Of a DNA stretch of 56,486 bases, positions 7,178 to 16,388 are shown one piece after another. The number at the start of each line of letters is the position of its first letter. Within the stretch, counting starts at the first letter, position 1. The DNA comes from Anaerolineae bacterium (GTDB lineage Bacteria; Chloroflexota; Anaerolineae; Aggregatilineales; JAFGMM01): positions 1 through 56,486 of the forward strand of contig DAOTXU010000393.1 of assembly GCA_034435135.1 (NCBI GenBank). Direction: 5' to 3'. The position numbers and the translations under genes were made by a program. The notes below the pieces were generated by a model. That model had not been told where the DNA came from. It saw nothing but the letters and a program-made list of their open reading frames with translations, and made no database searches.

Positions 7178-10100
7178 GTGCAGGTGAACGAAGTGGCTGG
7201 TCGGACGGCGCGCAAAGTCTATCAACTTGAGCATCTTTATCACGGCTCTTTTGTTGAAGCCGGGCGACCGATTGGCACACCGCAACTCATCGCCTACTCC
7301 CCCGGCGTCGAAGTGGGGCAGTGGAAGGAGTGCCGCAGCCTGGCGCCCGTCACTCCCGCCGGCGATCTGGAAGTCAGCGGCGCCGACTCCGACGCCGTCG
7401 GCCTTTTTCGGGGCAAGAGCGTTGACTCGATCATCGCGCACGCGCAGCGCAACTGGGCTGAAGACGGGGTGAGCAACCCGACCACGGTTCACTACCTGCT
7501 TGCGCCCGCCTCCGTCGCCGAGGTCCTGGTCGATAACCTGAAAGGTCTCTCGCAGCGGCTCGACAAGAAGATGCCGACCTTCCCCACCCTCGACAGCAGC
7601 CTTCGCTCCTTTACCCTCATCGCCCCAGACCCGCTCAAACCGCGACAGCGCGTGGCCGCCCTCACCACCTTGCTGAGCACGTGCGCTAACGACGCCCGCA
7701 CGGTCCGGGGGTTGCTGGCCGCCGTCGCGCTGGAGTGCCCGCTCGCCATCGTCAATTGCCCCGCACCGCTCGACGCGCGGCTTGACTTCATTCAGGGTTT
7801 GCTGGCCTTGCTGCCGCCGCCCGCGCGCGCCCGCGTGAGCTTCGTCACCAACGTGGAGCCGAGCGCGCACTGTCCCGCGCTCATCAGGTTTCTCGCGCAG
7901 GCCAGGCCCTCCGCCGACGACCAGGTTTTCGACTGGGCCGAGGCCAGGCTCCTGACCGAGCCGCTGAAAAGCCCATACAGCGCGTTCGCCATCGGCCAGA
8001 TGCAACTGGACCCGGTCGCGTTGCTCAGACAACTGGACGGCCTGGCGGACGCCACGCAACATCACCTGGCGTCCCGGCCGCTCTCCGAAGCGCTCGCCGA
8101 GGTCTCCCGCCGCGCCGTGATGGACATCGCCCTCGCCGAGGGCCAGCCTATCGACCGGCAAGCGGTGAGCGATCTGCTTAAGGCCGACCCGACGCTCAAG
8201 GGCCAACTGCGCGCCGACTACGCCAGCTACCTCCTGCGCCTGACGCTCTCGCTCGACGAGCCGGAGACCGCCGACGCGCTCATCCCTCTGCTCGATGCGG
8301 ACCGATCCCTGGCGGTGGCGTTGTTCCGGCAGCTTGACCTAGCCGCGCAAGACGGCCAGGCGCAGGCGGCCTATAACATTCTCAGGCGATGGCTGACCGA
8401 AAGGCCCATCATGGCCGAGGCGCTGCCGCGCGCGCTCGGTCGCGTCGCGCTGGCTTACGCGCGGGAACTCGCCAAGACCGAGTCGCCGCAAGCTGTCGCT
8501 GTGCTGTTCGAGGAATTGGCGCGCCTCCCCGTCGTCTTGGACCCGAAGCCCGTGCGCCAGATGACGCAGGGCGCGTTGCCGCTGGCGCGCCAGGATCAGC
8601 GCCTCGCGGCGGCTACGCTCTGCCTGGCTGCGCAATACCTGGAAGCCGGCGACTTCGACAGCCTGCTGACCGACCCCGTGTTTGTCGGGCAACTGCCCAG
8701 GCCGGTGCAGAACGCCCTCTTTCACCTCAAGCCGGAGAAGCCGCTTGAACGCCCAACCCAGGGCCTGCTGGTCCGCGCCTCCGAGTCGCTCGGCCCCGGC
8801 GGCGACCTGGCGCTGGCCCGCCTGGCCGAGCAGGCGGTGGTCATCGACCGCCACGATCTGGTGGACCTGCCGGTGCTCGAAGCGCTGCTGGCGCTGGCCC
8901 GGTCCGGGCGGGCTGCGCGCTTCGTGCAGGTGCTTCAGCACACCGTCTGGTCGCTGGCCCGCTCCGATGTGTTCGCCACCCTCCCCGACCCCGCCCCATT
9001 CCTCGCGGCGCAAACCCTGCTCACCCTGGACCTGCCCGCCGACCTGGCGCAACTGTTGCTCCATTATCAGGCTCAACTCTACAGCGGCCACCGGCGCGAG
9101 GACTTCCGCCTGCTGGTCAGCGAGTTGTTCCAAAAGACTCCGGCCAGCGTCGAGCAGGCGTTGCGGGCGCTTCAGAGCATGGAGAACATCGAGCCGCCTA
9201 TCGACCACACGGCGCTGGCGCTGGCGTATCGCGGTGCCCTCCTTGCCAACGACTGGAGTCCTGCTACCGAGCCGGCGGTTGACCGCCTGATCGACATGCT
9301 GAACCAGCGCCCCGAACTGGCGGCGGTGGTCGGCTATCCCTTTGTCGCCGACCTGCTCCGTCACGTGGCGGGCCGCAAGCACAAGACCGGCGTGATGCGC
9401 ATCATCGGGCCGCTCTTTGACCGGCTGCCGGAGGAAACCGCCGAGACCGCGCCAATTTTGCGCAAGGTGTGGCCTGTGCTGGCGCAAGACCCCGATACGC
9501 GCGAGGCGGCTATCGATCTCCTGCGCGTCCACGCCCGCCACGTCCCTATGGAGCAGGCCGAACGCCTGGTGCGCGTCTTTGCTGGCGAGCGCGCCGCCGA
9601 GGAGCGCGAGGCCCTCATCGCGTGCCTGGCGCTACGCCCGATCTTCGATGACCGCGAGTTTCTCCTGCTCGCCGAAGAGGTCAAGATCGCCGCCGATTTC
9701 TTCAGCGACCTGCTCCTCACCTTTGAACTCAACAAGCCGCCCGCCCCCAAACGGCTTGTCAGCGAGATCGACTCGCTGGGCGGCAGCCTCTCCCGCGACG
9801 AAGCGCTGATGCTGGCGAAGCAAGCCCTGGCCCTGGCAAGCCACCTTGAACAGATGGGCGATCCCCGCAACCGGAGCGACGAAGCCGCGCTCCTCGCCAA
9901 CAAGGCCATGCCCCGGACCGCCCTCGACTTCCTGCGCTGGCTGGGCGGCCAGTTCTCCGGGGGCGAGCGCCGTCTGCGCCGGCTGGAGGCGGAAGCGCCG
10001 CCCCATGCCTTCGGCAACCGCTCCGGCCCCGTCCTGTACCGGGAGATTGACCTCATCGCCAATCTGCTGGGCAGCCTGTTGCGCGCCTTCCCCCCCGGCA

Positions 10101-10378
10101 ACCCGCCCAAGCTGACCCTGGGAGCGATGCAAGCCGAAATCCAGAGCCGCTGGAAACGCCTGCGTCTCTACGAGCAGCGCCAACTGCAAGGCACACTCGC
10201 GCAGGACAGCCAGACCCTTGCCGCGTTCATCAGCCGGATCGCCGAGACCGGCGGCAGCAAGAGCTTCCTGGGCGCGGACGTCGCCGAGCAGGTTGAGGCG
10301 GGCAAAGTGCCGCCGCGCTCGGTTATCGATGCGCTGCGCTGGGTGAGTGGCTTCTATGCCGGCAGGCATCGTCGTTAG
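7178..10378 (+). CDS. Large (about 1066 aa) cytoplasmic Leu/Ala-rich all-helical protein of unknown function
   Basis: Single uninterrupted ORF with coding-like composition and no TM segments or signal peptide. GTG 7178 is the first possible start; the exact start is uncertain. I recognise no catalytic motif. Only the N-terminal about 50 aa (YQLEHLYHGS...PQLIAYSPGV) is reminiscent of anything known (see findings). Confidence 0.6.
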   Translation: MQVNEVAGRTARKVYQLEHLYHGSFVEAGRPIGTPQLIAYSPGVEVGQWKECRSLAPVTPAGDLEVSGADSDAVGLFRGKSVDSIIAHAQRNWAEDGVSNPTTVHYLLAPASVAEVLVDNLKGLSQRLDKKMPTFPTLDSSLRSFTLIAPDPLKPRQRVAALTTLLSTCANDARTVRGLLAAVALECPLAIVNCPAPLDARLDFIQGLLALLPPPARARVSFVTNVEPSAHCPALIRFLAQARPSADDQVFDWAEARLLTEPLKSPYSAFAIGQMQLDPVALLRQLDGLADATQHHLASRPLSEALAEVSRRAVMDIALAEGQPIDRQAVSDLLKADPTLKGQLRADYASYLLRLTLSLDEPETADALIPLLDADRSLAVALFRQLDLAAQDGQAQAAYNILRRWLTERPIMAEALPRALGRVALAYARELAKTESPQAVAVLFEELARLPVVLDPKPVRQMTQGALPLARQDQRLAAATLCLAAQYLEAGDFDSLLTDPVFVGQLPRPVQNALFHLKPEKPLERPTQGLLVRASESLGPGGDLALARLAEQAVVIDRHDLVDLPVLEALLALARSGRAARFVQVLQHTVWSLARSDVFATLPDPAPFLAAQTLLTLDLPADLAQLLLHYQAQLYSGHRREDFRLLVSELFQKTPASVEQALRALQSMENIEPPIDHTALALAYRGALLANDWSPATEPAVDRLIDMLNQRPELAAVVGYPFVADLLRHVAGRKHKTGVMRIIGPLFDRLPEETAETAPILRKVWPVLAQDPDTREAAIDLLRVHARHVPMEQAERLVRVFAGERAAEEREALIACLALRPIFDDREFLLLAEEVKIAADFFSDLLLTFELNKPPAPKRLVSEIDSLGGSLSRDEALMLAKQALALASHLEQMGDPRNRSDEAALLANKAMPRTALDFLRWLGGQFSGGERRLRRLEAEAPPHAFGNRSGPVLYREIDLIANLLGSLLRAFPPGNPPKLTLGAMQAEIQSRWKRLRLYEQRQLQGTLAQDSQTLAAFISRIAETGGSKSFLGADVAEQVEAGKVPPRSVIDALRWVSGFYAGRHRR

Positions 10379-10450
10379 GACCTATGCCAAAAAGCCCAGA
10401 GGGCTTAAGCCCCCAGTCCGAAGCCACCAGAGCGGCTTTTGATAAGCCCT
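10377..10450. mobile_element. Degenerate MITE copy overlapping the stop codon of the 1066-aa gene
   Basis: aggacctatgccaaaaagc resembles the left arm agagcctatccgaaaaacc. The core gggcttaagccc is at 10401-10412. agagcggcttttgataagccct resembles the inverted right arm. Confidence 0.45.
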
Positions 10451-10638
10451 CATGGCAAAGCAAATGTTCACCTTGCATTCACCGGGGGGATACCGTTTCT
10501 AAGTACCCTAGTTAAAGGGGGAAAGGGTTGAGCGGGCAACGCTCGTCTCATGCCTGAAATTCAGTGTGGACCGTTGCTTAATCCCTTGCGTGTCTCCTTG
10601 CTGCTGAGTGGGTGTAGGTCCCCAGGAGAATCACAATC

Positions 10639-13600
10639 ATGAAGGTGCCTTTCTCGTCAAAGCTGATGTTGCGGCTGGCGTTCGTTTCGCTCGTCATCAC
10701 TGTGCTCATCGCCGGGCTGTTACCCGCCACGCGCGCGGACATGGCGCGCACGCCGCTCGCGGCGAACGTCACCGTCTACGGCAACGTCAACGCCGCGGTT
10801 GACATGGTTTTCTCACCAGACGCGATCTGGGGGACCAATCTCGTGGGCCTGATGCGCTGGGACCGTGAAGGCGAGTACACCGACGAAACTCGCGCCGTCC
10901 AAACCAGCACAGGCGAGAGCGTCGCGCTTGACCCCTGGCAAGTGCGCACCGATGGGGTGATGGTCACTAACCGGCGGATAGAAGGCCTGGTCGTCGATGG
11001 ACAGGGGCGCCTGTGGTCGGTGGGCGACCAACTTGCCCTGTTGGACAACCTGGGCCAGGTCGTGGCGACCGCTCGCAGCGACGCCACCTGGTGGCTGGCG
11101 CAGCACTATGAGGCGCTGCTGCACAGCATCTATCCCAACCCGACTGCCCTGGTCGTGGACCCGACTACCGGCTGGCTCTGGATTCGGAGTCCCCGCGCCG
11201 GCGTGATCGCCTTTGACGGTGCAAAGCTGCATGACTGGCGGGATCAGTCCCTCCGACCAGGGCGCACCTTTTTCGCCAGCCCGCAGGGCGAAGTCTGGGT
11301 GTCCGGCCCGGAATTGGCCTACCGCTATCTGAAGGGCCAGGACTCCTGGCAGGAATACCATTATGCGCAGGATATGGGCCTGCCCGCCTTTCCCTGGGAC
11401 CAGCGCATCTTCGGGTTTGACTCCGACGCGCAGGGCCGCATCTGGGTGCGCACCTCAGCGGGCACAGCGCGCTTTGACCCGGCCACCGGCGCGTGGCAGG
11501 CCTTCGGCTCCGAGCAGGGCGTCTTCGGCGGCACTTACGCCGAAACCCTCGTTGACGCGGATGGCGCGGTATGGACCCTGACCGGCTGGGACAACGACCA
11601 GTTTATCGCCAGGCTGGACGAGGAGAGCGGCATGTTCGTGCAACAAGCGCCCCTGCCCCGTTACTTTGTCGATCCTGACCCGGTTCAGGATGAGCCGATT
11701 GTCGCGCAGGCGAGGCAAATCGGCGCGATGCGCAAAGACCTGGAAGGCCGGGTATGGATTCTGACCGAAATCGGCGCGCTGCACTGGAACGGCGAGCAGT
11801 GGCAGGTGTTGCGCGTCACCGGGCCGGACATGCCCGCCTGGCTCTCCAGCATGGTCGTCGCCAACGCGCCGGACCTGGCCGAAGACCCGATCCTGTTCAT
11901 TGGCGGTTCCAGCAAGGTGCGCCTGGCCGACGACGCGGCAACCTGGCCGATCTTCGCGGAGCACCCGTTCCCCTTCCGCGACACACCCGGCCTGTCGCTC
12001 GGCGCGCTCGGCGCTGACGGCAAGGTCTACGCCGTGCGCGCGCGCGCCGATCTATGGACGTACAACGAAGGCCAGGTCGCCGAGCAACCCACCGGCGACT
12101 GGGTGGAACTGGCCCCCGCGCGCATACCTGATAATGCAAATCACCCGATCAATACCGCCATCATGACCGACCTGGCCGTGGACGCCGACGGCACGGCGTG
12201 GTTGGGAAGCCAGCAGGGCTTGTACCGCTGGCGCGATGGCGAGTGGCAGCTGTACGAAGCGCGCGACGGCATCCCGGTCCATAAGGGATCGCGGATCGTC
12301 GGCACGGTGGTCGAACAGGTGGAACTCGACGAAGACGGCACCGTGTGGTTGATTACCGCCTCCTATCTGCTACAGTTTGACAGTTACGGCGGCTTCCTGG
12401 TGAGGTTCGACGGCGAGACCTTTGAGACCGTCAGCGACCTGCCCATCCGCTACCTGGGCAACACGGGCGAGACGATGCGCTACGACCCGGTTACGGGGCT
12501 GCTGTGGCTGCGCGACCTGCGCGACCTGCGCGCCTACGACATCGCCGCCGGGACGTGGACGGTGGCCGACCTCGCGCCGCTGGGAGTGAGCGCGACGCTG
12601 CGCGACATGGCCCCCACCGGCGACGGCGGCGTCTGGGTCGTCACTGGCGACGGCAAGCTGTTCCGGTATCAGGAAGGCGTGTTCGAGGCGTTGCCCCTGC
12701 CGCCGGAGAACCCGGAGGCGGGCCGCATAGGAGTGGACCCGCAGGGCAACACGTGGGTCACGGGTCTGAACGGCGCGGCCTCTGTGTGGGACGGCGTGGC
12801 GTGGCAGACGTTCACCGCCGAGGCCGGCGTAGGCGGCGGCCTGCACCGCGACATGATCTTCCGCGATGATGAAGTGTGGCTGCTGGGGCAAATGAGCGTC
12901 GATTACCGGAAGGGCGGCGGTTCATGGTCGCCGCTGCGCGCGCCCCTGTCGCTGGAAGAACCCAGGCTCGCGCCGGTCACCGCGACCGTCGATGCGGATG
13001 GAGTGCTGTGGTATGTGGATGGGCGCGGCATCGCCCGGTACGCTGACGGCCAGTGGCAGGTCGTGCTGACGGGGACGGATATACGCGGCGGCGAGGTGCT
13101 CGACATCGTCAAGGTCCCCAACGGCCCCTTGTGGATTGCCAACCGCCAATTCGTGGGCATCTTCGACGGGGTAGAGTGGACCTTCGCTACCTATGGCACT
13201 TCTGCGCCGTTGATCGGCTTTAGAACCCGCAGCGAGTGGGTGGATGACATCGCGCTCGGCGCGGTGGACAGCCGGGTGTTCTTCGGCGCGACCCCCTTCT
13301 CGTTCAACCTGCTCATGTATAGCCCCAACAATACCTATTGGGTGCGCTTCCCCTCGACCGCCGAGTTGACCCACCCGGTCACCGACATGGAACTTGCACC
13401 GGATGGCCGGCTGTGGTTCGGCTCGGGCCGGGTGGCGTACCTGGACGAAAGGGACTATATGTGGGTGCCGCCTGGGACGATCAAGGTGTACAGCCTGCCG
13501 ACGGTGAAGCGCCTCAGTCACGGCTCCAGGGACATCTTTTGGGTGCTTGGCGCGGATAACGTGACCGGGGCCGACAACCTGCTCTCGCGCTGCAACTGGT

Positions 13601-14091
13601 TTAGCTGCGACTGGATTTTCCTGGAACCGAGCCTGCGCGTGAATGAGTTGGTCGCCGCCTCGCCGAACGACGCCTGGCTCAACGGCGAGGGCTGGCTCAT
13701 GCACGTGCAGGTCGGCCAGCCGGACCTGGAGCCTGTCGGGGGCTACCTGCGTCCAGAACCGACGCCGACGCCGGTCGTGCCTACCAGCGGCGGCTACACC
13801 GCTTACGGCGGCGTCCACTCTGGCGGACTGACTCTGGACGACCCGTTCGATCAGTGGACCTTTAGCGCCAACGGCGGCGATGTGGTCTCACTGCGCGTCG
13901 ATACCATCAAGCCCGGTTCTACGGTGGGCCTCTACCTCTTCCGAGCCGACGGCACGATGATCGCGTATACCATCGGCGATGAACTGCTGCAACTTGACAA
14001 CCGGGAACTTGCGTATGGCGATTACATCGTCCAGGTTCAGTTGGAGTCGGGAGCGGAGTCCACCTATACGCTCTACGTATACGGGCCGTGA
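10639..14091 (+). CDS. Secreted 1150-aa protein with many two-component-regulator-propeller-like beta-propeller repeats and a C-terminal pre-peptidase (PPC)-like domain
   Basis: ATG 10639 with AGGAG about 10 nt upstream. N-terminal signal/anchor LMLRLAFVSLVITVLIAGLLPATRA. More than 10 repeats of the D.(D/E/Q)G.(V/L)W...G(L/A)..(W/Y/F) type, for example DADGTAWLGSQQGLYRWRDGEWQ and DADGVLWYVDGRGIARYADGQWQ. The tail GGDVVSLRVDTIKPGSTVGLYLFRADG...YTLYVYGP looks PPC-like. Confidence 0.7.
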   Translation: MKVPFSSKLMLRLAFVSLVITVLIAGLLPATRADMARTPLAANVTVYGNVNAAVDMVFSPDAIWGTNLVGLMRWDREGEYTDETRAVQTSTGESVALDPWQVRTDGVMVTNRRIEGLVVDGQGRLWSVGDQLALLDNLGQVVATARSDATWWLAQHYEALLHSIYPNPTALVVDPTTGWLWIRSPRAGVIAFDGAKLHDWRDQSLRPGRTFFASPQGEVWVSGPELAYRYLKGQDSWQEYHYAQDMGLPAFPWDQRIFGFDSDAQGRIWVRTSAGTARFDPATGAWQAFGSEQGVFGGTYAETLVDADGAVWTLTGWDNDQFIARLDEESGMFVQQAPLPRYFVDPDPVQDEPIVAQARQIGAMRKDLEGRVWILTEIGALHWNGEQWQVLRVTGPDMPAWLSSMVVANAPDLAEDPILFIGGSSKVRLADDAATWPIFAEHPFPFRDTPGLSLGALGADGKVYAVRARADLWTYNEGQVAEQPTGDWVELAPARIPDNANHPINTAIMTDLAVDADGTAWLGSQQGLYRWRDGEWQLYEARDGIPVHKGSRIVGTVVEQVELDEDGTVWLITASYLLQFDSYGGFLVRFDGETFETVSDLPIRYLGNTGETMRYDPVTGLLWLRDLRDLRAYDIAAGTWTVADLAPLGVSATLRDMAPTGDGGVWVVTGDGKLFRYQEGVFEALPLPPENPEAGRIGVDPQGNTWVTGLNGAASVWDGVAWQTFTAEAGVGGGLHRDMIFRDDEVWLLGQMSVDYRKGGGSWSPLRAPLSLEEPRLAPVTATVDADGVLWYVDGRGIARYADGQWQVVLTGTDIRGGEVLDIVKVPNGPLWIANRQFVGIFDGVEWTFATYGTSAPLIGFRTRSEWVDDIALGAVDSRVFFGATPFSFNLLMYSPNNTYWVRFPSTAELTHPVTDMELAPDGRLWFGSGRVAYLDERDYMWVPPGTIKVYSLPTVKRLSHGSRDIFWVLGADNVTGADNLLSRCNWFSCDWIFLEPSLRVNELVAASPNDAWLNGEGWLMHVQVGQPDLEPVGGYLRPEPTPTPVVPTSGGYTAYGGVHSGGLTLDDPFDQWTFSANGGDVVSLRVDTIKPGSTVGLYLFRADGTMIAYTIGDELLQLDNRELAYGDYIVQVQLESGAESTYTLYVYGP

Positions 14092-14120
14092 ACTCTCGGT
14101 TCACCCACCCAGGCTTCTGT

Positions 14121-14160
14121 AAAAAAAAGCTCCCCTCGCGCTTCAAGCGCGCGGGGAGCT
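14121..14160 (-). terminator. Intrinsic terminator for galE between convergent genes
   Basis: Stem agctcccctcgcgc (14128-14141), loop ttcaa, stem gcgcgcggggagct (14147-14160, one mismatch). On the minus strand an 8-U tract follows (the a-run at 14121-14128). The hairpin also lies 37 nt after the plus-strand stop at 14091. Confidence 0.75.
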
Positions 14161-14173
14161 AAACGTTTGGATA

Positions 14174-15151
14174 CTAATCCTGATACCCGTTGGGATGAGC
14201 GCGGTGCCAATCCCAGGCGGTCTGGATGATCTCGCGCAGGTCGGTGTAGCGCGGCTGCCAGCCCAACTCGCGCCGGATGCGCTCGCTGCTGGCGACCAGC
14301 ACCGCCGGGTCGCCAGCGCGTCGCGGCCCTACCTCGGTCGGGATGGGGTGACCAGTCACGGCGCGGGCCGCTTCCACCACCTGATAGATGCTGTATCCCT
14401 TGCCGTTGCCCAGGTTATAGTGACGGCTGCCCCTGTCCAGCGCGCGCAGGGCCAGGATGTGCGCCTGCGCCAGGTCATGCACGTGGATATAGTCGCGGAT
14501 GCAGGTGCCGTCGGGAGTGGGGTAGTCAGCGCCGAAGACGGTCAGCTTCTCGCGCTGGCCCAGCGCCACCTGGAGCACAATCGGGATGAGGTGCGTCTCC
14601 GGGTCGTGATCCTCGCCGCGTTCGGCGCTGGCCCCAGAGGCGTTGAAGTAGCGCAGCGCTGCGTAGCGCAGCCTGCCCAGCCGATCTAGCCAGTAGAGGA
14701 AACGCTCCAGGATGTATTTGGACTCGCCGTAGGGGCTGCCCGGCATGATACGCTCGTCTTCGGCGATGGGGACGTGCTGCGGGTGCTCGAACAGGTTGGC
14801 GGTGGAAGAGAGGATGAAGCGCGGCACGCCGTGCGCCTCGATCTGGCGCAGCAGGTTCAGGCCGTTGGTGACGTTGTCGCCCAGGTACATGAACGGCTTT
14901 TCCACCGATTCGCCTACCAGCGTGTACGAAGCGAAGTGCATCACACCGTCGAAACGGTGCGCATCGAAGAGGCGTTCCAGCGCCTCCATGTCGGCCAGGT
15001 CGGCCTGGACGAACTCCGCGTCCGGGTGCACCGCTGCGCGATGCCCCTGGAACAGGTTGTCCAGCACGACGACGCTGTCGCCCGCCTTAATCAGTTCCTC
15101 GACCACGATGCTGCCGATGTACCCGGCCCCGCCGGTCACCAGAATGTGCAT
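14174..15151 (-). CDS. galE: UDP-glucose 4-epimerase
   Basis: [14 protein letters not shown] Rossmann start, catalytic [10 protein letters not shown] (YxxxK) and full-length 325 aa typical of GalE. ATG verified at 15151. Confidence 0.9.
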   Translation of the reverse strand: MHILVTGGAGYIGSIVVEELIKAGDSVVVLDNLFQGHRAAVHPDAEFVQADLADMEALERLFDAHRFDGVMHFASYTLVGESVEKPFMYLGDNVTNGLNLLRQIEAHGVPRFILSSTANLFEHPQHVPIAEDERIMPGSPYGESKYILERFLYWLDRLGRLRYAALRYFNASGASAERGEDHDPETHLIPIVLQVALGQREKLTVFGADYPTPDGTCIRDYIHVHDLAQAHILALRALDRGSRHYNLGNGKGYSIYQVVEAARAVTGHPIPTEVGPRRAGDPAVLVASSERIRRELGWQPRYTDLREIIQTAWDWHRAHPNGYQD

Positions 15152-15246
15152 GGTTGCTCCTCAAAAGGGATAGAGAGAGGTTTCCAAACCACGCAGGACA
15201 CAGAGAACACGGGGGTTGCAAGTTGCTTTTTGGGCAATCCCTTGCC

Positions 15247-15275
15247 GGACAGGGGGTTTTTAGACCCACCTGTCC
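15247..15275. repeat. Imperfect hairpin copy of the palindromic element (ggacagggggtttttagacccacctgtcc)
   Basis: Shares the ggacaggggg / cctgtcc arms with the 4100 copy but has a different loop. It lies 97 nt downstream of the minus-strand stop at 15372, between the sugar-kinase gene and galE. Confidence 0.4.
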
Positions 15276-15371
15276 GTTGAGGCCATTGCGCGTGACCCGC
15301 TACCGCAGCGCGAACGGCTTCCTCTGCGTTTCTCTGCGGGGAAAAAGAGCTGTTCGTTGCACAAGGGCGGC

Positions 15372-16388
15372 TCACCGCACCTCCCACGTCTGCAAGCCGA
15401 GGTGGTCAAAGTTAAAGTCAACCACCTGCGCGCCCAGGCGCTCCACTTGCTCGGCGACGATGTGTTTCTGATCGAACGGGCAGTAGAAGAACATGTAGCC
15501 GCCGCCGCCTGCGCCCGTAATCTTGCCGCCTAAAGCCCCATACTTCCGCGCGGTTTCATACAGTTCGTCGATGTGCGGGTTGCTGATCTGGGAGGCCATC
15601 TTCTTTTTATTCACCCATGCGTCGTTCAGCAGCGCGCCAAACTCATCCAGGCGGTTGCGGAGGAGGGCGTTCTTCAAACCGGTGGTGATCTGCTTCAGCT
15701 CTTCCATCGCCCGAATCACGTCCTCTTGCTTCTGCTCGTACCCTTTGACTTGCGTCTCAATAATGCGGCCCGAAAGCCGGGTGCTGCCCGTATAGCACAA
15801 CAGCATATTATAATGCAGTTCGTTCAAGACATCTGTGGGTATCCTGAGTGGGTTGACGATGGTCGCGTCGTGGAAAAACTCGATGTAGTTGAAGCCGCCG
15901 AAGGTGGCGGCGTACTGATCTTGCTTACCGCCCTTGATGCCCATATCCACGCGCTCGATCTGGTACGCCAGGTCGGCGATTTGGTAATTGGTGAGCGGCA
16001 GGTGCAGCCATTGCTTGAAGATGCCGATCAGCGTCACCACTATCGTAGACGACGAGCCGAGGCCGGAGCCAGGCGGCGCATCGCTGTGGATGAAGAAGTG
16101 TAGCCCCTGGTGGTTGTTGCCCTCCTTCAGCCGGTGGATGACAGCTTTGACCAAGTCAAGGTTGCCATCGTAGACCGGCGGCTCATCGACCTTGTACTTG
16201 GCGACGATGTCGTAATCCAGCGACGTGAGGGTGATCTCAGGGTCGTCCCCGAAGCGCAGCGAGCTATGGGCATACTTGTCGATAGTCGTGCTCAGCACGA
16301 CGCCGCCGCGCTCAGACACAAACGGTTCCACATCCGTGCCGCCGCCAGCAAAGCTGATCCGCAACGGCGCTCTACTACGCACAATCAT
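15372..16388 (-). CDS. GHMP-family sugar kinase, HddA-like (COG2605 type; D-glycero-D-manno-heptose 7-phosphate kinase or related sugar-1-kinase)
   Basis: MIVRSRAPLRISFAGGGTD start and GHMP motif PPGSGLGSSST. ATG 16388 forms an ATGA overlap with the upstream stop. Confidence 0.75.
   Translation of the reverse strand: MIVRSRAPLRISFAGGGTDVEPFVSERGGVVLSTTIDKYAHSSLRFGDDPEITLTSLDYDIVAKYKVDEPPVYDGNLDLVKAVIHRLKEGNNHQGLHFFIHSDAPPGSGLGSSSTIVVTLIGIFKQWLHLPLTNYQIADLAYQIERVDMGIKGGKQDQYAATFGGFNYIEFFHDATIVNPLRIPTDVLNELHYNMLLCYTGSTRLSGRIIETQVKGYEQKQEDVIRAMEELKQITTGLKNALLRNRLDEFGALLNDAWVNKKKMASQISNPHIDELYETARKYGALGGKITGAGGGGYMFFYCPFDQKHIVAEQVERLGAQVVDFNFDHLGLQTWEVR

Noticed and set aside
7380-7420. GLFRGKS in the 1066-aa protein as a possible Walker A
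   Set aside because: The spacing is GxxxGKS, not GxxxxGK(S/T), and no Walker B or other NTPase motif follows.
6848-8206. 452-aa minus-strand ORF
   Set aside because: It spans the fadD 3' end, the intergenic palindrome and the start of the 1066-aa gene on the opposite strand. It has low-complexity Arg/Gly composition, and the plus-strand genes have clear motifs or coding character.
12922-13818. 298-aa minus-strand ORF inside the propeller gene, and 17025-17873 (+) inside the phosphotransferase gene
   Set aside because: Antisense to ORFs with periodic repeat motifs or catalytic motifs. No start context or motif of their own.
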